Of a DNA stretch of 32,000 bases, positions 8,294-18,000 are shown piece by piece. The first letter of the stretch is position 1; each line of letters begins with the position of its first letter. The stretch spans positions 7,410,001 to 7,442,000 of the forward strand of contig NC_010628.1 of assembly GCF_000020025.1 (NCBI RefSeq), given 5' to 3'. The position numbers and the translations under genes are program-made. Below the pieces are notes generated by a model. It was not told the origin of the DNA and searched no databases. It saw only the letters and a program-made list of their open reading frames with translations. Source of the stretch: Nostoc punctiforme PCC 73102. GTDB lineage: Bacteria; Cyanobacteriota; Cyanobacteriia; Cyanobacteriales; Nostocaceae.

Positions 8294-9379
8294 ATGGCTA
8301 ACAGACGGCAATTTTTAAAAGGGGTGGCGGCACTTTCTAGCTTATCTTTAGCCAGTTGTGGCTGGAGACTGGCTGAAGTCCGTGCTAATTCTAATACAAA
8401 TGGTCAACGTGACCAACTTTATGTCTTTACCTGGACACAATATACTGACAACCAATTACTGAGAACTTTTAGCACCCAAACTGGTATGAAAGTGCTGGCG
8501 GATGTGTATGATTCCAATGATGTCATGTTGGCCAAGTTGCAAGCTGGAGGTGGTGGCATTTACAGCATCATTAACCCATCTGATTATATGGTGCAGAAGA
8601 TGGTAAACAAAGGTTTGTTAACAGAGATAAATCACGATCGCTTAATCGGTTTAGAGAATTTATTTCCCCGATTTCAGAATCCTAGTTATGACCCCAATAA
8701 CCGATATAGCATCCCTTTTAACTGGGGGACAACAGGTTTGCTTTACAATTCCGAAAAAATCAAAGATGCACCACAAGACTGGGATTACCTTTGGCAGAAC
8801 CAAGAAAAACTTAATCAACGAATGACCTTGCTTAATGATGTTCGAGAAGTTATGGGTGCGACCTTACGGATGCTAGGTTATTCTTACAACTCCAAAAACG
8901 AACAAGAAATCAAACAAGCTTATGAAAAGTTAAAGGTGCTAAAACCTGCGATCGCACGTTTTGATACTGACGCTTGGCAAAATCAAATTCTGGCAGGAGA
9001 TTTGCTATTAGCAATGTGCTATTCAGCAGATGCAGTAAAAATTGCTCAAGAAAACCCTAAACTCAAATATGTGATTCCTCGCAGTGGTTCTTCATTATGG
9101 ACAGACACTATTGTTATTCCGAAAACAGCCCCTAATTTAGCTGGAGCTTATGCTTGGATCAACATGATTTTGCAACCAGAATTAGCAGCCCAAATCAGTC
9201 AACGCTTGAGTATTTCTACGCCTAATAGGGCTGGATTTGAGCAATTGCCAAAAACAATCCAAGACAATGCTAATTTATTTCCCGCAGAATCACTTTTAGC
9301 AAACTGTGAACGTGTTACTCCTGTAGGAGATTTTGAAGAGGTTTACGATCGCTATTGGACTCAATTAACTAGCAGTTAA
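8294..9379 (+). CDS. ABC transporter periplasmic substrate-binding lipoprotein, PotD/PotF-like (polyamine type)
   Basis: The N-terminus MANRRQFLKGVAALSSLSLASCGW combines a twin-arginine motif with a lipobox Cys. The body resembles SBP family 1 PotD-type proteins (FTWTQYTD..., YSIPFNWGTTGLLYN, WTDTIVIPK). Confidence 0.75.
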   Translation: MANRRQFLKGVAALSSLSLASCGWRLAEVRANSNTNGQRDQLYVFTWTQYTDNQLLRTFSTQTGMKVLADVYDSNDVMLAKLQAGGGGIYSIINPSDYMVQKMVNKGLLTEINHDRLIGLENLFPRFQNPSYDPNNRYSIPFNWGTTGLLYNSEKIKDAPQDWDYLWQNQEKLNQRMTLLNDVREVMGATLRMLGYSYNSKNEQEIKQAYEKLKVLKPAIARFDTDAWQNQILAGDLLLAMCYSADAVKIAQENPKLKYVIPRSGSSLWTDTIVIPKTAPNLAGAYAWINMILQPELAAQISQRLSISTPNRAGFEQLPKTIQDNANLFPAESLLANCERVTPVGDFEEVYDRYWTQLTSS

Positions 9380-9406
9380 AATAGTTAGGAGTTAGATTTA
9401 TAAGTA

Positions 9407-10300
9407 ATGAATATTGAAAAAAATGGGATTTCCCAAATAGAAAAATTGCCTCGCCTGCGAGGAAATTGGCTGCAACCTTTGATATTACTTGCACCATCGG
9501 GAATTTGGTTATTACTTTTGTTGGTGCTGCCAACTTTGATAATTTTCGAGTTAAGTTTAGTTGCAGACATTCGACCGGGAGATTTGGTTAATCCCAACGG
9601 ATTCCAAAACTACATCCGAATATTTGACTCGCTTTACTTACAAGTAATTGTGCGATCGCTATTTTTTGCGTTGGGCACTACAATAATTTGTTTAATTTTA
9701 GGCTTCCCTGTCGCCTATTGGATTGCTCAAATAGCGCCGCTACGTTGGCGTAATTTGCTGCTATTAGGCTTTGTTTTGCCGTTGTGGACTTCTTCATTAC
9801 TTCGGTCATACGCTTGGATTACAATTCTTCGTCCTACTGGTTTGTTAAACAGTTTACTCAGCACTTTAGGCTTGCCTACTTTGCAATTACTTAACCAGAG
9901 TCAAGCTGTATTTATTGGTATGAGTTACAGCTTGTTACCCTATATGGTTTTGATTTTATATGCTTCTCTCGAAAAGCTAGACAAACGGTTGTTAGAAGCG
10001 GCAGCTGATTTAGGTGCAAATCCGATGGAAACTTTTTTCCAAATTACTGTACCGCAAATTCTGCCTGGAATTACGGCTGCTTCTATGCTTGTATTCATCA
10101 CAGGTTTGGGAGATTTTGTCGATCCAGAATTACTTGGTGGTGCTTCTAGTATGACGGCAGCAAGGTTAGTTTATAACCAGTTTCTTGGAGCAACCCAGAA
10201 TTGGGGATTTGGTTCCGCTTTAAGTATGACGTTAATTTTGCTTGTTAGTATTGCGATCGCACTTTTAATTAAGTTTGGCGAACCTGGACCCAAACGCTAA
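9407..10300 (+). CDS. ABC transporter permease, PotB-like
   Basis: It has six hydrophobic segments and the EAA loop LLEAAADLGANPMETFFQITVPQILPG. It follows the SBP gene by 27 bp. Confidence 0.8.
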   Translation: MNIEKNGISQIEKLPRLRGNWLQPLILLAPSGIWLLLLLVLPTLIIFELSLVADIRPGDLVNPNGFQNYIRIFDSLYLQVIVRSLFFALGTTIICLILGFPVAYWIAQIAPLRWRNLLLLGFVLPLWTSSLLRSYAWITILRPTGLLNSLLSTLGLPTLQLLNQSQAVFIGMSYSLLPYMVLILYASLEKLDKRLLEAAADLGANPMETFFQITVPQILPGITAASMLVFITGLGDFVDPELLGGASSMTAARLVYNQFLGATQNWGFGSALSMTLILLVSIAIALLIKFGEPGPKR

Positions 10301-10354
10301 ACTTTTGGTCGCTCATTTATAATAAGGGCATCAAACGCCAGCGAGACAACGGTT

Positions 10355-11083
10355 ATGCTCTCACCTGATCTCAAAAATGCGTTACCAACTACTGATGAAC
10401 TTCCCTGTTCAGACGATACGCCAGTGGATAACGAAGATCAAAATTTTTTGCCCAACATTTTATTATTCTTACTCAACTCCATTTGGGCAAATCGTCTGGA
10501 TTGGTACTTCGGTATAGATATGGGATTATATCACACCACAGGGGTAAATCCTAGAGTACCTGTAGTGCCGGATGCTTTTTTAAGTGTGGGAGTAGAACGG
10601 AAAAAGGGTGGTAAATCACGCAAAAGTTACGCCGTTTGGGAAGAAAATGGGATTGTTCCAATATTCACATTAGAAATGGTATCCCATACCCCAGGAGGTG
10701 AATACGACGAAAAACTAGATATATACAGAAAACTCGGTGTATTGTACTACGTAATTTATAACCCTGAATTTTGGCGACGCGACCAACATCAACCCTTTGA
10801 AGTGTATAAATTGATAGATGCGAGCTACCAGCTACAAATAGGTGAGCCTTATTTTATGCTAGAAGTGGGGTTAGGTATTGGGCGGCACCAGGCTGTAATT
10901 GCCGGCATACAACAGCAGTTTTTATGTTGGTATGATGAGCAAGGAAACCGCTATTTGACAGATGCAGAACAGGCACAACAGGAGCGATCGCGGGCTGAAC
11001 AAGAGCGGCAAAGGGCTGAACAATTAGCGCAGTATTTACGTTCTCTAGGTGTAGATCCAAATAATTTACCTGGTAATCCGTAA
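10355..11083 (+). CDS. Uma2-family (DUF820) putative endonuclease with a Q/E/R-rich C-terminal tail
   Basis: The N-terminal LPTTDELPCSDDTPVDNEDQ and the core PDAFLSVGVERKKG...YAVWEENGIVPIFTLEMVS are typical of cyanobacterial Uma2 proteins. The tail is AEQAQQERSRAEQERQRAEQLAQYLRSLGVDP. Confidence 0.8.
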   Translation: MLSPDLKNALPTTDELPCSDDTPVDNEDQNFLPNILLFLLNSIWANRLDWYFGIDMGLYHTTGVNPRVPVVPDAFLSVGVERKKGGKSRKSYAVWEENGIVPIFTLEMVSHTPGGEYDEKLDIYRKLGVLYYVIYNPEFWRRDQHQPFEVYKLIDASYQLQIGEPYFMLEVGLGIGRHQAVIAGIQQQFLCWYDEQGNRYLTDAEQAQQERSRAEQERQRAEQLAQYLRSLGVDPNNLPGNP

Positions 11084-11100
11084 TTACGAATTACGAATTT
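11073..11100. repeat. Heptamer-periodic array with a 10-bp palindrome at the convergent Uma2/pixL junction
   Basis: The array reads GTAATCC GTAATTA CGAATTA CGAATTT. CGTAATTACG (11079-11088) is self-complementary. It overlaps the Uma2 stop and ends 1 bp before the CheA-like stop. Confidence 0.6.
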
Positions 11101-14100
11101 TTAATGATTTACCACCATAAGCAAATCATTTAAATCATCTGCATTACTGTTAATTAACCTCTTAATTGTAGAAAGAAATTCATTTTCTAAATAAGGCTTA
11201 GTTAAGTAAGCTTTTGCACCCAATTCTTGAGCAAGTTGGCGATGCTTTTCAGAGCTGCGAGAAGTGAGAATCACCACAGGGATTTTTGCTAATTTTGGGT
11301 ATTGACGGAAATTGCCCAGCAACTCAAAACCATTCATTCGTGGCATCTCTAAATCAGAGACGACAACTTGAATTTCTGGATGTAACTGCAACTTTTCTAG
11401 AGCTTCTACACCATTTTGAGCTTGTATTACTTGATAGCCCGATTTTTGTAGAGTGAGAGAGATAGTTTGGCGCAAACTAATTGCGTCATCTACTACTAAA
11501 ACAACTTTTGGTGATTTATGATCTGGCTTTTGAGAATAACTGGGTTGAGTTTCTATCGTTTTTATGGAAGTAGATGCAGTAAGTAATGGCGTAGATGCAA
11601 AAGTGTCTCCCGATATCGCCAAGGCTTTTTTATTTGAGGGAGAAGCTACTGGTAACGCCATGATATCAAGTGTTGTTTGTTGGATCTCGCTAGACTTGAC
11701 CAGCAACGAAGCATCAATCACTAAGATGAGATTACCATTGGGTAAACTACTACAACCATAAACGTATTTTGGCGGTGCGATCGCATTTCCTAAAGGTCTG
11801 ATGACCAGTTCTTGTTCACCAATTATTTGGTCAACTTCCAAAGCAAACATTCCCTGATTTCGTCGGAGCAAAAGCACTGGATTTTTCGCTATGCTTGGGT
11901 CGTCAGTATTTGATGTGTTGTATGGAACAGCAATATTCAAGAATGAATCATTATAATTAATCAATTTTGAAAGGTGACGGAGGCTGACCATAGTCTCATC
12001 ATTGCCTGTGTTCCAATGCAAGACTTGTTGACCTTCAATTTCTTTAATTTGCTGCTCAGAGGGAATCAATATTTTTTCGATACTGTCCGAAAGAAAGGCA
12101 TAAATAACACCTTTAGCTTGAACTAGCATTAATTTTTCTGTAGTCATAGAAAAAGGAATTTTGAGTATGAATATTGTTCCTTGGTTGGGTAAGGATTGAA
12201 CTGAAATTGAGCCATTAAGTGCGTTCATCTGAGTCCGCACAATATCTAACCCCATACCACGCCCAGAGATTTCAGTCACTTTAGCGACAGTAGAAAATCC
12301 AGGTGAAAATATCATGTCTAAAAGTTCAGGTTCTGCCAGATTAGAAGCATAACTTCTAATTTTTTCTTCAGTTTGTATGGGATAGAATTCAGCAGCTTTT
12401 CTGCGAATTCTGTCTAAATTCAATCCCTGACCATCATCCCGAACTTCGATAATAGTGTGGCTACCTTGATGATAAGTGCGGATTTCGATTAACCCTTTTT
12501 CTGGTTTTCCAAGCTCTCGGCGAAGTTTCGGAGCTTCAATCCCGTGGTCAAAAGCATTACGTACTAAATGTAATAGCGGATCGTAGAGTTTTTCTGCGAT
12601 CGCTTTATCTACTAGTACCTCAGTACCAGTAAGCTTCAATTCTACAAGTTTGGCATAAACATTCCCCAACTTATTTACCATCTGGGGGAAACGATTTAGG
12701 ATATTGCCCAAAGGCAACATTCGTGCTTCTACTAAGCTCTCTATCATATTAAGAGTTAAATTCTCTTGTTTGTCACTAATTTGAGCAGCTTGTGTCACGA
12801 GCAATTCAAGTGATTCTGTGGTTTCTTGTAGTTGCAGTATTTCTTCTATTGCTTCATGCAATGTTGTATGAAATTCTGTATATACATCCATTTCTAAAGA
12901 GTCAAATTTCACCGCAAAATTTTGTGTTTGTTGTGAGGCAGTATTTGATATTTGTAATGGGAGATCGCGTAATTCATTTAAAGTTTTTTGGTGTCTAGTA
13001 ATTTGCCGTATTAATTGATCAATTATTTCTTTAACTTGTTCATCTTGCAAACTACGTCTTTTTTGGTAAATCAGTAGTTCTCCAGCTAAATAATTGAGGT
13101 GTTGCAGTCTTTCTGTATCTACTCGAATAAATGAAGGTTGGCGAAAGTTTTTAGTTTGAACATACTGTGTATCTTCTATTTCTTTGTTGATCTGTGTAGC
13201 TAAATCAGGCATAACTTCAATGGCTGTTTCAGTAACACCTATAGCTACCTGCTCATTTTCTGAATAATCATCATTTGGGGTTGTCACCGCTTGCTCTGCC
13301 AGGTTTTGGCTAACTTCTCCCCCCCATATTGTCTCTAGTAAATTATCAGTAGTTTGAGAAGATACAGATTTAGATATTTCTTTAAAAACTAACAGTGTTT
13401 GCAGTTTGGGAATATCAAGCCAATTTTTCTCTTCGGTAGTAACAGGAGGATAGTTTTTATATTCTTGTGCTAATCTATGAATTCGGTTTTGTAATATTTT
13501 AATGACTGAGATATAGCTGTCAGATTTATTAACAGAATTTTGAAAGTTTGTAACGGCAAATAGGATGATTAAAATTATCCCATGTCTATAAATACAAAGA
13601 CTTTGGCTATCTTGTCCATCTTGAACAAAACCAAGAAATTTTTTCAGCCAATTTTCAATATAATCAAGTAGATTTTCTCTTTCTAACCTGGGAACAAGTA
13701 AATCTAAATTAAGCTCTGCTTTTGGTATTTCTATCTCGTGATTAAACCAGCCATAAATGTAGCGGATTACTTTTAGATAAAACTTGGCAGTTGTTGGATT
13801 GACAGATTCATTTTTATTGCTATCAGATGTAGTGAGAAACTGGTAAAATTGCTCTTCATTGATAACAAAGATGTCAGCAGATGAATTATTTTGTAATTTT
13901 TCGGATAACTCATTATTTGCCACTATCGTGAATTTTCGCAAAGCTAGAGAAGTTTTTCCACCAGATGTGCGATCGCCTTCTAATACTAATTTTTGTGCTT
14001 GTTGTAAATCTGCGAGGGCAATTTCAGCGATTTGCTGTACCTGGGTAGGATTTGCTTGCAGCGCTGATAGAATTGTTTGAGAAATTTCTCCCAATCCAGG

Positions 14101-14706
14101 CAAATTTAGAGATTCTGCTAAACCGAAAAATACCTCAGCTTGGGACTGTAATAATTCAATAAATTCGTTATTATTTGGTGGATTGTTAACAGCTTCAGCA
14201 ATACTATTTAGACGTTGCTCTACTCCCACCTCAAAAACTGACTGGACAATATCAAATCCCAATTCCTCAGAAGTGGGAATATGAGCCTCATCACCAAACG
14301 CATCACCTAGCTTTTCTTGTAACTGTGAAAACACTGAAGTTGCTCGATTTAGTAGTTCTTCATCATTCACAGTGCTGCCTATTAGCTCAGTATTTAATGC
14401 TATGCTAAGACACTCATAAGCTTGTAATAAAAGTGTTTGTAATTCAGCATCAATTACTACATTTGGGTTATATAAAGCCTTAAATACATCTTCTAAAAAA
14501 TGGGCTATCATCTTAATAACTTCTAGCCCAACATTAGCAGCACCACCTTTAAGTGTATGAGTAGCCCGCATTAAATTATGAACTTTGGCAGTACTATAAC
14601 CTTCCGATAAGCTAAATAGTTCTTGTTCAATAATCTGTACTAATTCTGGGGCTTCAGCTAGAAAGTAGATGTATCCTTGTTCGCGAATTTCATTATCTGT
14701 AATCAT
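11101..14706 (-). CDS. pixL: CheA-like hybrid histidine kinase: Hpt, long uncharacterised region, dimerisation/HATPase, CheW-like domain, C-terminal REC (PixL-type)
   Basis: The Hpt motif is MRATHTLKGGAANVGL, with the His codon at 14557-14559. The ATPase motifs are HLVRNAFDHGIE, VRDDGQGL and GRGMGLDIV. A CheW-like segment follows (MLVQAKGVIYAF...). The C-terminal REC is VLVVDDAISLR...VVVSDLEMPRMNG...LTKPY. Confidence 0.9.
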   Translation of the reverse strand: MITDNEIREQGYIYFLAEAPELVQIIEQELFSLSEGYSTAKVHNLMRATHTLKGGAANVGLEVIKMIAHFLEDVFKALYNPNVVIDAELQTLLLQAYECLSIALNTELIGSTVNDEELLNRATSVFSQLQEKLGDAFGDEAHIPTSEELGFDIVQSVFEVGVEQRLNSIAEAVNNPPNNNEFIELLQSQAEVFFGLAESLNLPGLGEISQTILSALQANPTQVQQIAEIALADLQQAQKLVLEGDRTSGGKTSLALRKFTIVANNELSEKLQNNSSADIFVINEEQFYQFLTTSDSNKNESVNPTTAKFYLKVIRYIYGWFNHEIEIPKAELNLDLLVPRLERENLLDYIENWLKKFLGFVQDGQDSQSLCIYRHGIILIILFAVTNFQNSVNKSDSYISVIKILQNRIHRLAQEYKNYPPVTTEEKNWLDIPKLQTLLVFKEISKSVSSQTTDNLLETIWGGEVSQNLAEQAVTTPNDDYSENEQVAIGVTETAIEVMPDLATQINKEIEDTQYVQTKNFRQPSFIRVDTERLQHLNYLAGELLIYQKRRSLQDEQVKEIIDQLIRQITRHQKTLNELRDLPLQISNTASQQTQNFAVKFDSLEMDVYTEFHTTLHEAIEEILQLQETTESLELLVTQAAQISDKQENLTLNMIESLVEARMLPLGNILNRFPQMVNKLGNVYAKLVELKLTGTEVLVDKAIAEKLYDPLLHLVRNAFDHGIEAPKLRRELGKPEKGLIEIRTYHQGSHTIIEVRDDGQGLNLDRIRRKAAEFYPIQTEEKIRSYASNLAEPELLDMIFSPGFSTVAKVTEISGRGMGLDIVRTQMNALNGSISVQSLPNQGTIFILKIPFSMTTEKLMLVQAKGVIYAFLSDSIEKILIPSEQQIKEIEGQQVLHWNTGNDETMVSLRHLSKLINYNDSFLNIAVPYNTSNTDDPSIAKNPVLLLRRNQGMFALEVDQIIGEQELVIRPLGNAIAPPKYVYGCSSLPNGNLILVIDASLLVKSSEIQQTTLDIMALPVASPSNKKALAISGDTFASTPLLTASTSIKTIETQPSYSQKPDHKSPKVVLVVDDAISLRQTISLTLQKSGYQVIQAQNGVEALEKLQLHPEIQVVVSDLEMPRMNGFELLGNFRQYPKLAKIPVVILTSRSSEKHRQLAQELGAKAYLTKPYLENEFLSTIKRLINSNADDLNDLLMVVNH

Positions 14707-14707
14707 A

Positions 14708-14742
14708 TTTTTGATTTTAAATTTTAGATTTTGGATTTGTTA
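14708..14742. repeat. Heptamer array (TTTTRRA x5), left arm of the inverted repeat bracketing the pseudogene
   Basis: The array reads tttttga ttttaaa ttttaga ttttgga tttgtta. ATTTTAGATTTTGGATT (14721-14737) is the exact reverse complement of 15070-15086. Confidence 0.85.
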
Positions 14743-15069
14743 CGTAAATTTTTGATTGATGCAATTTAATGTCAGAATTTCAGTGTTTTCTGACATCAAA
14801 TCGCTTACTTTTTTTAGCGGTAATAAACCAACCTCAACAATAAGTTCCATCCAATAAAGACTTTCATCGGTTTCTTCCTCTACCAAGCTGAGTTTAGCAA
14901 TGACATCCGCAGTTGACTTCCCATGACAAGCTGACTGATAGTTAGCTCCCATAGATGTTGCTGAACGGATTGACTGCTCTGCCGTTCAGCTTTGTCAAAG
15001 AGCTTCTACTAAGCGGATTACTCACAATGCTAGCTACTTTATTTCCCGCTTAAAATCTTCCTCATTCAT
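14740..15069 (-). pseudogene. Four-helix-bundle protein (23S rRNA intervening-sequence protein / Avd-fold family) pseudogene with four in-frame stop codons
   Basis: One minus-strand frame reads MNEEDFKREIK*LAL*VIRLVEAL*QS*TAEQSIRSATSMGANYQSACHGKSTADVIAKLSLVEEETDESLYWMELIVEVGLLP.... This matches the family pattern along its whole length. The stops are TAG (15034-15036) and TGA (15022-15024, 14995-14997, 14986-14988). The ORF track shows only the intact C-terminal 70 aa. Confidence 0.75.
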
Positions 15070-15090
15070 AATCCAAAATCTAAAATCTAT
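15070..15090. repeat. Heptamer array (AATCYAA), right arm of the inverted repeat bracketing the pseudogene
   Basis: The array reads aatccaa aatctaa aatctat. Positions 15070-15086 are the reverse complement of 14721-14737 (17/17). It overlaps the pixJ-like stop codon (15087-15089). Confidence 0.85.
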
Positions 15091-18000
15091 TTGACTTTAA
15101 ACTTGCTAGCAGTTGTTAATAGCTCTTGCGCCATCCCTGATAAATCTTGAAACACAGTCGCAATTTCTTGAGATTCAGCAAAAGTTTTATTAGCAATTTC
15201 TGCTACATCTTGCATTGATTTTGTGACTGTTACAGATTGGGTCATCTGTTTTTGAGTCGCTGCGGTAATCCGCTCGATTAGCTGACTAATTTCGGCAGTT
15301 GCAGAAACGATCGCATTCAAGTTTTGGCGAGTATCATTGACAAGATTTGTACCTTCTACTACCTGCTGAATACCCGTTTCCATCGCTACTGCTACTTCTC
15401 CGGTTTCTGCTTGAATCTCCTGGACTAATTTTTCTATTTCGATAGTTGCTGCTGCTGACTGGCGAGATAAAGAACGGACTTCATCAGCTACAACTGCAAA
15501 GCCTTTGCCATATTCACCGGCACGGGTAGCTTCAATAGCCGCATTCAGAGCTAGTACGTTTGTCTGTGTAGCAAAATTACCAATCAAATTCACCACTTTG
15601 GAGATTTTTTGCGAAGATTCAGTGAGGCGTTTAATCTTCTTGCTGGTTTGAGCAACGGTTTCACGAATTCCTTGGATTGCTTTTACAGTTAAGTTCATCG
15701 CAGTATCGCCAGACTCAACAGTTTCATTGGCTTGTTGCACCGCCACTTGCACTAACTCAGCATTCGCCACCACAGCTTGAGTAGAGTCCACCATCTGTTG
15801 AATTTCGCCTAATGCTGCGGTAATTTCCTCAGATTGTTGTTGCGCCAGATTAGTCAGTCCTGCTAGGGAAGCCTCGCTATTGCTAGAAGTTTGAGCAACT
15901 TGTTGAGCAGCCCCCTGTACCTGAAGAACTATTTGCCGCAGCGCTTGCAGGGTATTATTGTAAGCATCAGCGATCGTGCCTAGTTCGTCTTCTGTAATGG
16001 GTGCGCGTACTGTTAAGTCGCCGTTGAGGGCGGGTCTAAGGGCTATGAGCAGTTGAATAGATCGTTGTTGTAGTAACTCCTTGGCTGCCTTTTCTCGTGC
16101 TGCGGCTTCTGCTAATTTGGCTGACTGCCCTTGTACTTGCTGCAAATATTCAGTCTGTTGTAATGCTAGCCCTAACTGGTTGCCAATGCGTGCTAACAAG
16201 GTGACTTCCGATTCATCCCAATCACGAGTTCCAGAATTTTGATAAGCTGCTAGCAATCCCCACAATTGTTCCCCGGCAAATACAGGAACAATTACATAAG
16301 CTTTGACTTCAAATTGCTCTAAAATTTCAATGTGACAAGGAGAATGACCTACCTGATAAATGTCATTTACAACAAAGTTCTCCCCTTGGGCATATCGACC
16401 TCCTTGAGTTTCTTGTAAGTGGGTATCTTCCCAGACAGTCTTGATATCGGGGCCTACCAGTTTTACCCAAGTGTGAGCTACTGATTCTGCAACAAATTCA
16501 CCAGTCCAATTAGGGTTGAAGCGATAGACTGCGACGCGATCGCATCGCAGTAATTGTCGTACTTCTTGAGTGGTTGTTTTGAAGATTTCTTCTACATCTG
16601 AAGATTGCCGGATGCGGTTACTGATCTTGGTGACAGCTTTCTCTTGTTCCGCTATCTGAGCTAGTTTCTCAGATTTCAACCGAACTAATTCCAAATAATC
16701 TATCTGTGATTTAGCTAGGCTAAATTGCAAGCTAGTCTGAACCAAAAAAGTCACTTCCCAGGTTTCCCACTCACGGGGGCGAGAATTTTGATAAGCTGCC
16801 AGCAAACCCCACAATTTATCTCCAAAGAATATAGGAACAATTATGTAAGCTTTGGCTTCAAACTGCTCTAAAATCTCAATATGGCAAGGAGCAAGCCCTA
16901 CTTGATAGATGTCATTAACAACAAAGTTTTCGCCTCTGACATACCTACCTCCCTTAGTTTCTTGTAAGTAGGTATCGTCCAAAACGGTTTTAATATCAGG
17001 GCCTACCAGTTTTGTCCAACCAGTACCTACAGACTCAGCTACAAATTCGCCACCCCAGTCAGGGTTAAAACGATAGACTGCGACACGATCGCATCGTAGT
17101 GATTGACGCAATTCTTGAGTGGTTGTTTTGAAGACGCTATCTACATCTAAAGATTGTCGGATGCGGCCTACTATCTTAGTAAAAGCTTTTTCTTGTTCAA
17201 CTATTTGGGCTAGTTGCTCAGATTTCTTATGCATCTGTTCTAGATATTCGCCTTGTGAGATAGCCACACCAAATTGCAGTCCAATTTGGGTCACAAAGCT
17301 TTCTTCCCAAGGTTGCCAATCACGAGGTCCAGAATTTTGATAAGCTGCCAGCAAGCCCCATAATTTCTCTCCAGCAAATATGGGCGCAATGATGTAAGCC
17401 TTCATTTCATACTGCTCTAAAATGTCAATGTGGCATTGAGCATGACCCATTTTATAAATGTCTTTGGCCACAAAGCTTTCACCTTTGGCATAACGTCCTC
17501 CTTGGGTGTCTTGCAAGTGGCTATCTTCCCACACCATATAAAAATCAGGGCTGACCATTTTTACCCAGCCATTACCCACTGACTCAGCGACAAACTCACC
17601 ACTCCAGTCAGGTTTGAAACGATAAACGGCGACGCGATCGCATTTTAGTAATTGACGTACTTCTTGAGTGGTTGTTTTAAAAATCTTATCGACATTTGAT
17701 GCCCGCAGAATTTTGTCGATGACTTTAGCTACAGATTTTTTTGCTAGTATTCGCTGTTGTTCTTCTCTTTTGAATTCAAAACTCTGCAATTTGTATATGA
17801 GTTCTGTGGTAATTTGGGATAGCAGGCTAATTTCTACTTCTTGCCACTGCCGCGTTGATAAGCAATTATTTACTACCAGTAATCCCCATACTTTACCTTC
17901 TACTACAATCGGTAAACTCAAACTAGCTTTGATTTGAAATTTATCTAGGAGTTGCTTTTGATAAGGGGTAAGTTGAATCTGACTAATATCGTCAATAACT

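Noticed and set aside
10355-11083. Uma2-family endonuclease as a marker of a defence or mobile island
   Set aside because: Uma2 genes are highly multiplied housekeeping-like singletons in cyanobacteria. The neighbours are transport and taxis genes. No methylase, integrase or toxin partner is present.
14740-15069. Possible diversity-generating retroelement, because the four-helix-bundle family shares the Avd fold
   Set aside because: There is no reverse transcriptase and no template/variable repeat pair with A-specific mismatches anywhere in the window. The gene itself is broken by four stops.
17119-17937. Antisense ORFs beginning MVVLK.. within the MCP gene
   Set aside because: They are spaced exactly 549 bp apart, matching the GAF duplication, so they are shadows of the sense-strand repeat.
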